In this document: positions 20,339-28,986 of the stretch, in pieces | How positions within the stretch are numbered: position 1 is the first letter of the stretch | How the letters are laid out: every line of letters starts with the position of its first letter | Assembly: GCA_963766075.1 (NCBI GenBank) | Contig: CAVYAN010000071.1 | Coordinates: 1 to 38,638 of the forward strand | Direction: 5' to 3' | DNA length: 38,638 bases | Origin: an uncultured cyanobacterium | GTDB taxonomy: Bacteria; Cyanobacteriota; Cyanobacteriia; Leptolyngbyales; Leptolyngbyaceae | Made by a program: the position numbers and the translations under genes | Notes under the pieces: generated by a model | What the model saw: the letters and a program-made list of their open reading frames with translations, nothing else | Told to the model about the DNA's origin: nothing | Databases searched by the model: none

Positions 20339-21502
20339 ATGGCAAAGATCGGAGTTTTGTTACTCAATCTCGGTGGACCGGACAGATTAGAAGATGTCCG
20401 CCCGTTCCTGTTCAATCTATTTGCGGATCCAGAAATTATTCGTCTGCCATTTCCGTGGTTGCAGAAACCCTTGGCGTGGGTCATTTCCACTTCGCGGGCC
20501 GGAAAATCCCAGGAAAATTATAAAAAGATTGGCGGTGGCTCGCCCCTACGCCGAATTACCGAAGAGCAAGCTCAGGCTCTTCAGGTCGCGCTTCAACAGC
20601 AAGGCCATGCCACCGAGGTCTATATTGGCATGCGCTATTGGCATCCCTTTACCGAAGAGGCGATCGCCCGCATCAAGCGCGATCAAGTAGAGCGATTGGT
20701 CATCCTGCCCCTCTATCCCCACTTTTCCATTAGTACCAGTGGATCGAGCTTCCGGCTATTGGAGCAACTTTGGGATGCGGATTTGGCCCTCCAAGCGATC
20801 GACTACACCATTATTCCCTCCTGGTACGATCAACCGGGCTACCTGCAAGCCATGGCCGAGTTGATTGCCCACGAAATCGATCAACTGCCTCACCCCGAAC
20901 AGGCTCACGTCTTCTTCAGTGCCCATGGCGTTCCCGTTAGCTACGTCGAAGAGGCGGGCGATCCCTACCAAAAAGAAATTCAAGCCTGTGCCGCCCTCGT
21001 GATGCAGACTCTCAACCGCTCTGTACCCTACACCCTGGCCTACCAAAGCCGCGTAGGTCCAGTGGAATGGTTACAGCCCTACACCGACGATGCCATCAAG
21101 GAATTGGCCGAACAGGGGGTTAAGGATTTAGTGGTTGTCCCCATCAGCTTTGTCTCGGAACATATCGAAACCCTGGAAGAAATCGATATGGAATACCGCG
21201 AAATTGCCGAGGAAGCTGGGATTGAGCGATTCCAACGGGTGCCTGCCCTCAATACCCATCCCGTTTTTATTGCTGCCCTGGCTGCGATGGTACAAGCGGC
21301 GGTGACCGCCCCCAGCGTCAAGTTCTCGGCGGCGGTGCGCCCCGGCAAGGAAACCAAGATGTACCCGCCCGAAAAATGGGAATGGGGGTTAACCGTTTCC
21401 GCCGAAGTCTGGAATGGGCGCTTGGCAATGCTGGGCTTCTTGGCCGTTTTGCTAGAAATGGTGATGGGGAACGGGCCACTCCATGCGATCGGGCTACTCT
21501 AA
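20339..21502 (+). CDS. hemH: Ferrochelatase with C-terminal CAB/HLIP domain
   Basis: [52 protein letters not shown]-terminal [13 protein letters not shown] (ExxNGRxAM). ATG at 20339. Confidence 0.97.
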   Translation: MAKIGVLLLNLGGPDRLEDVRPFLFNLFADPEIIRLPFPWLQKPLAWVISTSRAGKSQENYKKIGGGSPLRRITEEQAQALQVALQQQGHATEVYIGMRYWHPFTEEAIARIKRDQVERLVILPLYPHFSISTSGSSFRLLEQLWDADLALQAIDYTIIPSWYDQPGYLQAMAELIAHEIDQLPHPEQAHVFFSAHGVPVSYVEEAGDPYQKEIQACAALVMQTLNRSVPYTLAYQSRVGPVEWLQPYTDDAIKELAEQGVKDLVVVPISFVSEHIETLEEIDMEYREIAEEAGIERFQRVPALNTHPVFIAALAAMVQAAVTAPSVKFSAAVRPGKETKMYPPEKWEWGLTVSAEVWNGRLAMLGFLAVLLEMVMGNGPLHAIGLL

Positions 21503-21614
21503 AATCCTGCGGTTGGGAACCCTGCGATCGGGCGCTTCTGGAATGCCCTCACCCAATTCTTTCACTTTAAAACCCGTTCTATTTCTTTCAGTGAGTTTCT
21601 CTCAGTCAGTCCCG

Positions 21615-22211
21615 TTAATCCGGTTCCTGCTTCCCGCGCCGGGGAACTTTGCTATGGGCTGGGTGCGCTTGCGCCGTATACCAGCGGTGCCAGTCCTTTG
21701 AAGTGCGAATGGCCATCCAGAGCAGCATGAGGGCAATTAATCCGCCTTGGCGGGGCGCATCAAACGAAAAGAGGACCAGGATAATACACAGGATATCCTG
21801 AACGAAGATGGTCCAAAGGGGAATTTGCCGCACGCGGTAGGATACACCAATCTGGACCAATTGCAGGACGAGGGCCAGCAACCCACCCACCAGGCCCAGC
21901 GTCGCAATTACCCAAGCCGGCAACAGGGCCGCACGAGCCACAGCAATGCCCAAAATCGCCCCGGCAAAGGGACTGAATATCAGTTCTACGCTGTGCAGCA
22001 GTCGTCGGCCCAGTCGAACTTTGGAGGCAAACACCTCAAATAATGACCAACTGACCAACACACCTAAGATAACAGGTGGAGCAATCCCTGAAAGCACTGG
22101 CACTTGGGACCACAAAAGATCCCCATAGAGCAAACCAATCACTAAAAGGGGGAGGGCAATCCGCATACCTGCTGCTGCTGAGGCCGAAAGGGCCGCCAAA
22201 ATTTCAATCAT
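21615..22211 (-). CDS. Multi-pass membrane protein, probable DUF4126 family
   Basis: LSASAAAGMRIALPLL N-terminus and several hydrophobic helices; family assignment from memory of the pattern. Confidence 0.7.
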   Translation of the reverse strand: MIEILAALSASAAAGMRIALPLLVIGLLYGDLLWSQVPVLSGIAPPVILGVLVSWSLFEVFASKVRLGRRLLHSVELIFSPFAGAILGIAVARAALLPAWVIATLGLVGGLLALVLQLVQIGVSYRVRQIPLWTIFVQDILCIILVLFSFDAPRQGGLIALMLLWMAIRTSKDWHRWYTAQAHPAHSKVPRRGKQEPD

Positions 22212-22220
22212 GCTAAAACA

Positions 22221-22510
22221 TTTGATTTTGGATTTTAGATTTTGGATTGCACTAGAGATTAGTATCTCTGGTTATTCGTAATTGTGCTTAGGTAATCGTG
22301 CTCAGGTAATCTTTGATTTGGGATTTTAGTCCCCGGATGAGTGCTTCATGCCTTAGGCGATTTCCAGTTAGGCGATTTTCAGAAAGGATCTATCTTGGCG
22401 GTTTTGCCCTTCGGCTCCGCTCAGGGCGCTTCGGCTCTGCTTAGAGCACCTAGGCTCCGCTCAGGAAGCAGGCTGGCTGAAGATAATCGTAGCCTGCTTC
22501 CCGTAGGGTA
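22221..22510. repeat. Intergenic mosaic of repeats
   Basis: Heptamer-like GATTTTG/GATTTTA run 22221-22248; 14-bp tandem GTAAT(T/C)GTGCT(T/C)AG 22278-22311; 15-bp tandem TTAGGCGATTT(C/T)CAG about 22353-22382; three CTTCGGCTCCGCTCAG-like units at 20-bp period (22409, 22429, 22449); 11-bp inverted repeat 22464-22474 / 22491-22501. Confidence 0.85.
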
Positions 22511-22584
22511 GCCAGTAGGTCGTGGATTGGGAAAAATCTCTTTCAACTTTAGGGAATTCTAGATTTAATCCATAGGCCAAAACT

Positions 22585-23610
22585 CTAAAATTCCAGATCG
22601 TCCGTGGATTGGATCAAATGCATGCCCGCCGCCGCAAAGCGCTGAAAGGCAGCATTGGCCGCTGCGGTAAAGTCTACAACTCCGGGCACCACCACGGGGG
22701 AAGTGCGATCTTCCAGTAGGTAGATTTTGTGGGCCAAAGTGGGATCCGTGGCTTGAATTTCGGTCAGGAGATCGTCAATTGTCCAGGCAACACAATGGCT
22801 TTTGGCTTGTCCGGCAATAATCACGGCATCATAGCTGAGCAGTTTGCGGATCAGGGCGGTGTTTTTCTGGGCGACGATCGCTCCATCGGCACTATCGAGG
22901 ACTTCAGGACGTAGAACAGAATAATTTTCAGTGAGGGGATTGCTGCCTTTGAGCTCAAACTGGGTTTGGCTACTGCGGGCAACACAGTGGAAAAAGATCG
23001 CTTCTTCTACGGCGGCTACCAAGGCATGACCAATGCCCCCGAGCATAGAGTGGTAAGGCCACACCGTTAGGGGAAATTTGCCTGCGGCAGTGAGTTTGGC
23101 GGTGTAGTGGTGGGCATGACGGCTGAGGGCGTCATAGTTGCCCAGGCTATTGGCAATGGCCGGATTGACCTGCCACACGCCAGTTTCGACATCCTCTAGG
23201 GTAATCGTTGTCGCGGCGGGGATCGGGTGCTCTCCAGCGGCGTTCACCCAGAAGAAGGGATGAAAGATTTGCATGGCCGTGTGGGTGTCCAGAGTGGGCG
23301 TAATGTCGGTGAGCACGTCCAAGTGACGATAGATGAATTCGCAAAGCCGAACATTGTCAGCGATCGCCCCTGTTCCGGATTGTCCCCCCACAAACAGCTC
23401 AAAGTCGGGCAAGCAGAAGGTATTTTGCACATCAATGGCCAGCAAACAGACCCGCCGCTGATCGGCGGCGGCGGGGGATAGCTGGTGCTGCCGTGCCCAA
23501 GCAGCGGCCTCAGCGGCCCGCTGCTGGTAAGGTACACGCCAGACCGACCCAACGTTAGCCGGGTCAAAGTGGGCGGGCAGGGGTAGGGGGGGACGAGTCT
23601 GACTGGTCAT
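22585..23610 (-). CDS. Isochorismatase-family cysteine hydrolase, long nicotinamidase-like type
   Basis: Asp-Lys-Cys triad motifs [19 protein letters not shown]; metal ligands LDTH and WPYH. Confidence 0.85.
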   Translation of the reverse strand: MTSQTRPPLPLPAHFDPANVGSVWRVPYQQRAAEAAAWARQHQLSPAAADQRRVCLLAIDVQNTFCLPDFELFVGGQSGTGAIADNVRLCEFIYRHLDVLTDITPTLDTHTAMQIFHPFFWVNAAGEHPIPAATTITLEDVETGVWQVNPAIANSLGNYDALSRHAHHYTAKLTAAGKFPLTVWPYHSMLGGIGHALVAAVEEAIFFHCVARSSQTQFELKGSNPLTENYSVLRPEVLDSADGAIVAQKNTALIRKLLSYDAVIIAGQAKSHCVAWTIDDLLTEIQATDPTLAHKIYLLEDRTSPVVVPGVVDFTAAANAAFQRFAAAGMHLIQSTDDLEF

Positions 23611-24748
23611 GAACGAACTCCGCCGATTTATGGTCTATTTCACCATTATAGTCAATCGGCGGGCGATGTCCACAGGGACAGGGAGTAGAGCGATCGCCCG
23701 TGGCGGTGGTAAAGGTATTGGGACCGCTGTAATGACGGGGGGTGCTCAGCAGCAGTGTCCAGGCCGTTTGCACCGGCAGCAGATTGAAGCGCTCGGGATA
23801 ATGGGTTTTGAGCAGTTCCTGTACCAGGGGATAGTAATCGGAATTAAGGCTGGGAAAAATGTGGTGCTCCGTGTGATAGGAAAAGTTGAGATGGAGGGTG
23901 TCAAAGAATTGGGGGACCTGAATGGACAGGCTGTTGACCAGTGGATCATTCACCTCGGTCATGGGTGAGAGCATGTGGTTGGTATAGATGTAAAAAATGA
24001 CTCCGGCATAGCCCAAGCCAATGGGCAAGAAATAGCCCAGCAGTAATTTGATCGGGTGGAATTCCAGATAGGCCATTACGCCGAAATGGAGGGCGATTAG
24101 AATCAGAGTTTCCAGGGCGATCGCCCAGCGCTCTTTCGGCTTCACCTGAAAAGCAGCGGGTACATAATCCACGTTTCCCGTATTAAACAGTACGACAGAG
24201 GTGAGATTCCGCAAGGTATGTACGCCCCAGGCCATGGTCATGCCTAGGGTGAACCAAACGGGATGTACGGTAACCGAGGGCACAAATAAATCCTGAATCC
24301 ATTTGCCCCAGGTGTCGGGCTGCTGGAACAAATAATTGCGATCGGGATCATCGTAGCTATTGGTGTGATTGTGGTGGACCCGATTATGCACAGCTTTCCA
24401 CAGGGTCGGAGGCATCCATAGTGCAGCCAATCCCAAAAGACTGACCAGCCAGAGGGCATAGCGATTGGGGATGATCCGACTGTGCATGACATCGTGGGAG
24501 CTGAATAGCAACACCACGACGCTGTTGCCCATGATCAGCGTGCAGGGCAGATAGAGCCAAAGCAGATACCAGGGGTAGCGATCCAGGTAGGAGGCCATGC
24601 CAAACCCCAGGAGCAAAATAGCCAAGTTAATACCGAGAATGACAATTTTCTGGCGATCGGGCAAGAATGCCTCGGGTGGCAGTAACGATCGCAGCTTTTG
24701 AGCGTAGTCTGCCTGACGGATTAAGGGCGAGGATGTCGATAGATTCAT
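23564..24748 (-). CDS. Membrane-bound fatty acid desaturase superfamily protein
   Basis: Three His boxes HDVMH, HNRVHH, HTEHH plus TM helices; 3' end overlaps the downstream gene by 47 bp. Confidence 0.9.
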   Translation of the reverse strand: MNLSTSSPLIRQADYAQKLRSLLPPEAFLPDRQKIVILGINLAILLLGFGMASYLDRYPWYLLWLYLPCTLIMGNSVVVLLFSSHDVMHSRIIPNRYALWLVSLLGLAALWMPPTLWKAVHNRVHHNHTNSYDDPDRNYLFQQPDTWGKWIQDLFVPSVTVHPVWFTLGMTMAWGVHTLRNLTSVVLFNTGNVDYVPAAFQVKPKERWAIALETLILIALHFGVMAYLEFHPIKLLLGYFLPIGLGYAGVIFYIYTNHMLSPMTEVNDPLVNSLSIQVPQFFDTLHLNFSYHTEHHIFPSLNSDYYPLVQELLKTHYPERFNLLPVQTAWTLLLSTPRHYSGPNTFTTATGDRSTPCPCGHRPPIDYNGEIDHKSAEFVHDQSDSSPPTPARPL

Positions 24749-25050
24749 GAAGTTTTATAACAACTGTAACGCAAGTCTGAGAAGTCCCAGCGATCGCTGG
24801 CGAAATCATCTCGTTAGACTATTGTGCATGTAGAGGTGTTAACGGCATCTTTTTTGTTTAAAGCGCTAGCCATAGGGGCGTTCCTCGCCCACACCCAAGT
24901 TTCCAGACATAGCGGCATCGCTGCGGAACATTACAAATCTTTGGCGCTGATTTTTTTCTGTGGTATTCAGTAAGGAATCAGAGCAGCAATTGAGTGTCGT
25001 TGCAGTCAAGACCGTGAATTGAACAGAATGTTTCGCAGATTTCTTCAATC

Positions 25051-25263
25051 TGGGCTAAAAGCAAATATGGGCTAAGAGCAAACTTCTAGAGAGCAAACCT
25101 CTAGATCAATCTCACTCTCTGAGTCATTTCGCCAAAATCTTAGGAAAGGTGCTTAGTCCTAGACCGCAGCATTCATTACGTTTCAACAATCCTCTAAGAC
25201 CGATTTTACCAGCCTGATTCCCTCATCCTGATTCTCTCAGGCCGATTCTCTCAGCCTGATACC
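25051..25263. repeat. Tandem repeats in the divergent promoter region
   Basis: 17-bp TGGGCTAA(A/G)AGCAAA pair at 25051 and 25068; 15-bp AGAGCAAAC(T/C)TCTAG pair at 25075 and 25090; 14-bp CAGCCTGATTCTCT-like x4 at 25210-25263. Confidence 0.8.
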
Positions 25264-25311
25264 AGACCTGAAATACCCATCAAATTTACCAACCAAATTG
25301 GAGGTGGATCG

Positions 25312-26445
25312 ATGACCACTACCCCGGTTCTGGATGACATTCAAAAGTATATCCCGCTGATTGGGGATGTAAATCATAAAAATGCGATCGCATACCAGGC
25401 GACTCGCGGTGCTGTCGTGGCAGTGAATGCCGTCCAAATGGCCTTTGCCGAAGCCTATATGCAGGGGTTAGAGGTACCCGATGTCGCATTAAAAGCGCTG
25501 TTTAATACCTGCATGCCGGTTTTCTTTAAGTACTTTCCGTCGCTATTAGCGCCCTATAAATGGGTACTCCAGGAAACCGACCATCTGGCGGAAGGATCCC
25601 GCGAGTTGATGGAACTTCAGTATGATTTGCCCCAGGAAATGCTGAATCGCATGCTGGGCGATGGGGAGCTGATTTATCCCAAGTACAGCATGGGGCTGTG
25701 GGAAAACGGAGCCCAGGATTTGTTGGAATCGCAGCAGCATATGATTGACGATATGATTGCAAAAATGGATATCCAAGATGGCGATCATATTCTGGATATA
25801 GGCTGTGGCTGGGGCTGCATTGCCAATTATTTACTGTCCAAGTTTCCCAATCTACAAATTACCGGCGTGAATCTGAGTCGTTTGCAATGTACCTATATGC
25901 GACGCAAAATGGAGGATCCTCGAAGCTATCTCAATTCTGGGCGATTTAGTTTGATTGAAGGCGATTTTAACGATGTTAATTTGCCCAATCACTTCGATAA
26001 AATCCTGTCGGTGGGCGTATTTTGCCACATTGGCAATTTGACGAATGCCTTCGGCAAAGTGGCGAGCCTTCTAAAACTGGGAGGCGTGTTTTTCCTCCAT
26101 ATCATCACGGTGCGCACGCCAAATAATATTTCCAGTCCCTTTACCCATAAATACATTTTTCCCCACGGACGATATTGGAGTTTCGATCAGCCCCCACGCC
26201 ACAATCGGGATTTGAAGACCGTCAACCGCTGGTATATGAATGGGATCAATTACCACAAAACCTTTTATGCGTGGCTGGATAACTTCGACGCGCATCAGGA
26301 TGTGGTTAAACATTTGGACTATGGCATGGACTATGCCAAATTCCGCCGCATGTGGCGATTTTATTTGCTGTGGCTAGGGACAAACTTTGCGACCTGCGAC
26401 GGGGAATACAATGGGAACGGACAGTTTCTCATGGTGCATGCGTAA
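25312..26445 (+). CDS. SAM-dependent methyltransferase, cyclopropane-fatty-acyl synthase / CMAS family
   Basis: QYDLP, PKYS, ILDIGCGWG, NLSxxQ, FDKILSVG, YIFPHG, YHKT...W, RMWRFYL; GGAGG RBS. Confidence 0.88.
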   Translation: MTTTPVLDDIQKYIPLIGDVNHKNAIAYQATRGAVVAVNAVQMAFAEAYMQGLEVPDVALKALFNTCMPVFFKYFPSLLAPYKWVLQETDHLAEGSRELMELQYDLPQEMLNRMLGDGELIYPKYSMGLWENGAQDLLESQQHMIDDMIAKMDIQDGDHILDIGCGWGCIANYLLSKFPNLQITGVNLSRLQCTYMRRKMEDPRSYLNSGRFSLIEGDFNDVNLPNHFDKILSVGVFCHIGNLTNAFGKVASLLKLGGVFFLHIITVRTPNNISSPFTHKYIFPHGRYWSFDQPPRHNRDLKTVNRWYMNGINYHKTFYAWLDNFDAHQDVVKHLDYGMDYAKFRRMWRFYLLWLGTNFATCDGEYNGNGQFLMVHA

Positions 26446-27322
26446 TTGACTCAATCATTTGCTTCCGTAGAAGACACCCAAACACTGGGGACCAAAAAGC
26501 TTGTGGTCTTGCGGCGATCGCCGCAAGACCACAAGTCAGTAGCTGACTATCACGCCGCCTATGTGGAGCAGGGTAGTGGGCCGCCACTGATTCTATTGCA
26601 CGGGTTTCTAGGCAATGCCACGGCCTGGAGTCCCTTGATAGCCCGGTTGCAGAGCCATTTTCGCTGCATTGCCTTGGATTTACTGGGCTTTGGCGGCTCG
26701 TCTAAGCCTCAAATTCGCTATGACATTGCCCAGGAAGTGGCGTTTGTCCGGCAGTTTGTGGCAGCGCTGGACTTGGGGCCGTGCTATTTTCTGGGGCATT
26801 CCTTTGGGGGTTGGGTGGCTGCGGCCTATGGGTTGGCCTATCCGCAGGCAGTGCAGGGCCTATTCTTGGCCGCTCCGGCAGGAATTCGGGATGACAGCTT
26901 TTGCGGGCGGTATGATCATTTGCGTCCGTTGTTGTGGCGGACGCCAGTGATTGACTGGTTGCTAACTCATGCTGCGTCCCTTAGCGACGGTGGTGGGACA
27001 GCGACCGGGCTTAGACCAATTGACCTGGTTTCGGCGCGAACTCATGGCGGAACCAGCGGCCTGTTCATTTTTGCTGGATCGGTTGCGGCCCGAGGATGCG
27101 ATCGATACAGTAGAAACCCAGATTGCGGCGATCACGATGCCGACGCTGGTCATAACGGGCGATCGCGATGACACCATCCCACTTTGGCATAGTCAAACCT
27201 ATGCGGAAAAAATTGCCAATGCCCAACTGGCGATTATTGCCAATGCGGACCATAGCCTGCCCCAAAATCACGCCGCTGACCTGGCCGCCTTAATCTTGAC
27301 TTTTTTGGCTTCCACCGCCTAA
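26446..27322 (+). pseudogene. Alpha/beta hydrolase split by a frameshift near 26965-27000
   Basis: Frame 1 (from 26446) has LHGFLG, DLLGFGGS, GHSFGG; frame 2 (26969-27322) has PTLVITGDRDDTIP and ADHSLP. Joined length about 291 aa. Real mutation or sequencing error. Confidence 0.8.
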
Positions 27323-27402
27323 ACCGTCATGGGGACAGAGGACAGGGATCAAAATGGGAGAGATGGAAGCTTTTGCGCAATGATAACGGCAGAGGTAAGG
27401 GC

Positions 27403-27459
27403 CTTGATCTTAAGGATCATGATCTCAAGAGGGCATGATCTCAAGCGTTGTTATCTCAG
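27403..27459. repeat. Direct repeats C(A/T)TGATCT(C/T)AAG upstream of the Ser-repeat gene
   Basis: Copies at 27403, 27418, 27434 and a degenerate one near 27450; period 15-16 bp. Confidence 0.7.
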
Positions 27460-27474
27460 AGGGGTGAGGTAAGT

Positions 27475-27801
27475 ATGGGCGAAAACTGGCGGGTTTCCGA
27501 ACGAAGCATCCTGAGTTGGATGAGTCATCGGAGTATTCTGAGCATTGGCAGTACGGGGAGCATTTTGAGCATTGGTAGTGCCGGGAGCATCCTCAGTATT
27601 GGCAGTGCGGGGAGTATTTTGAGTTTTGGTAGCGCGGCTAGTGTGCTGAGTGTCTTCAGTGTTGGCGGAGTTTTGTCGGTTTTAAGTGCGGGAAGCATGC
27701 TGAGTATATTGCAATTTAATGGCGGCTGGTTGTCCAGTAACCGATTACGGTCTTTGCTCAACAACCCGTTGCCTCATTCTGCTGAGCAACTGGTTAAGTA
27801 A
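27475..27801 (+). CDS. Small protein (108 aa) of SILSIGSAG-type nonapeptide repeats
   Basis: GAGGT RBS before ATG 27475; eight 9-aa repeats; codons differ at synonymous positions between repeats. Confidence 0.75.
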   Translation: MGENWRVSERSILSWMSHRSILSIGSTGSILSIGSAGSILSIGSAGSILSFGSAASVLSVFSVGGVLSVLSAGSMLSILQFNGGWLSSNRLRSLLNNPLPHSAEQLVK

Positions 27802-28222
27802 CGGATTCAGTACGTTGATTGTGATGGGGCCGCATGCCCCGCAGCTTTGTCGCAATCAACGGAGCCAGGGTGAGCCAGACTAAACCAAGGGGCATTAATC
27901 CACCGGTGAACACGTTGTAGTGTGCGGCAATTTGCTCCCAGGAATTGCCCAAAATGAAGTGTCCCAAAACCAGCTCAAATCCAACTGTTAAGACCAGCCA
28001 CAGCCCGCCAATGCTAAGGAGTTGAGCGGTTCCAGTAGCGCGGAGCCACGGGCTAAACATAGTAGCGATCGCCAATACCAAAAGCGACCCGATCGCAAAT
28101 GATAGACGCTCTGCCTGCATCACTCCGAGCGCTGGCACCAGCCACAGGATGCGAACTGTCCCGTTCAGACTTTCAGCCAGGATAAACACAAACCAAACCA
28201 TTAGACTTTTGATTAAGATCAT
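27794..28222 (-). CDS. Hypothetical four-helix membrane protein (142 aa)
   Basis: From ATG 28222: four hydrophobic segments with AESLNGTVR, WLVLTVGFELVLGH and Y....GGLM patterns; convergent 8-bp overlap with the Ser-repeat gene. Confidence 0.75.
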   Translation of the reverse strand: MILIKSLMVWFVFILAESLNGTVRILWLVPALGVMQAERLSFAIGSLLVLAIATMFSPWLRATGTAQLLSIGGLWLVLTVGFELVLGHFILGNSWEQIAAHYNVFTGGLMPLGLVWLTLAPLIATKLRGMRPHHNQRTESVT

Positions 28223-28420
28223 GTTTCCACTCCGTTTTTCAACGCTGTTGCAGGATGTCTTCCATCCTTCACAATAAGACTTTAAGATGGGGAACTTGTG
28301 AGGGATCTGTGGGGGATAGCACAGCGCCAAAGCCTCTGAAATAGATGTCAGACTGCTTTAGCCTGTGCTCCCCCAGAAAGGCGATAGCACGCTAAAATCC
28401 GCCCAAATTCGCCATTACGT

Positions 28421-28807
28421 CTAACGAGAAGCCGCAAGTTGGGCTGTTCCAGAAGCCGTCGGTGGAGGTGGGGGCGGGCGCAGCCGCCGCATTGACCCAT
28501 CAGGAGGATAGCTAGAGCAGCGATACAGGACAGTCACATCCTCCGCAAAAATGATGCGATCGCCATCCCTGAGATCGACACCAACAACTCTTTTACCGGG
28601 AAGATTGAGGTCTACATCCAGGGCGCGGTAGGTCGCCACATGCCAGACCAAAATCGTTTGATAGGTTAAGGCTGAACTTGGGTAAAGTCGAATATCACAG
28701 TTGGCATCATCACCCAAAACATAGCGTCTTTGGGTCAGCGACATCCGCCGTTGCCCCTGGGTATCAAAAATTTCCACATAAGTTCCAGGGTTTGGCGGAG
28801 AATACAC
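28421..28807 (-). CDS. Degenerate FHA-like domain protein with Pro-rich tail
   Basis: YVLGDDANCDIRL and DLRDGDRIIF resemble the first and last FHA strands, but the GR and SxxH motifs are absent. Confidence 0.55.
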   Translation of the reverse strand: MYSPPNPGTYVEIFDTQGQRRMSLTQRRYVLGDDANCDIRLYPSSALTYQTILVWHVATYRALDVDLNLPGKRVVGVDLRDGDRIIFAEDVTVLYRCSSYPPDGSMRRLRPPPPPPTASGTAQLAASR

Positions 28808-28986
28808 GCAATAACTCCTTTAATCTCCTATAGAAAAGCACTTCTGAGCAATCTGCATTCAGACTATGGAGAGATGAACCCTGTATCGATGATAGCAATT
28901 GTTCTCAAGCAATCCCGAAAATCACGGAGCATTGCCTTCAAGTTATCCAGAAACGGCCCCTCAGAAAACCCGCCACCCCATTAGCC

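Noticed and set aside
21376..21502. CAB/HLIP domain fused to ferrochelatase as a novelty
   Set aside because: Well-known feature of cyanobacterial and plastid ferrochelatases.
22409..22464. Three repeats at 20-bp period as a mini CRISPR array
   Set aside because: Units are 16 bp with 4-bp gaps, no unique spacers and no cas genes.
22585..23610. Isochorismatase-family gene as the biuret hydrolase partner of the atzD-like gene
   Set aside because: It is 341 aa with nicotinamidase-type metal ligands (DTH, WPxH), unlike the shorter metal-free BiuH, and lies about 9.5 kb away; not excluded biochemically but unsupported.
27525..27764. Antisense ORF with LPALPMLKM repeats
   Set aside because: Mirror of the Ser-repeat gene; the RBS and the synonymous variation favour the + strand.
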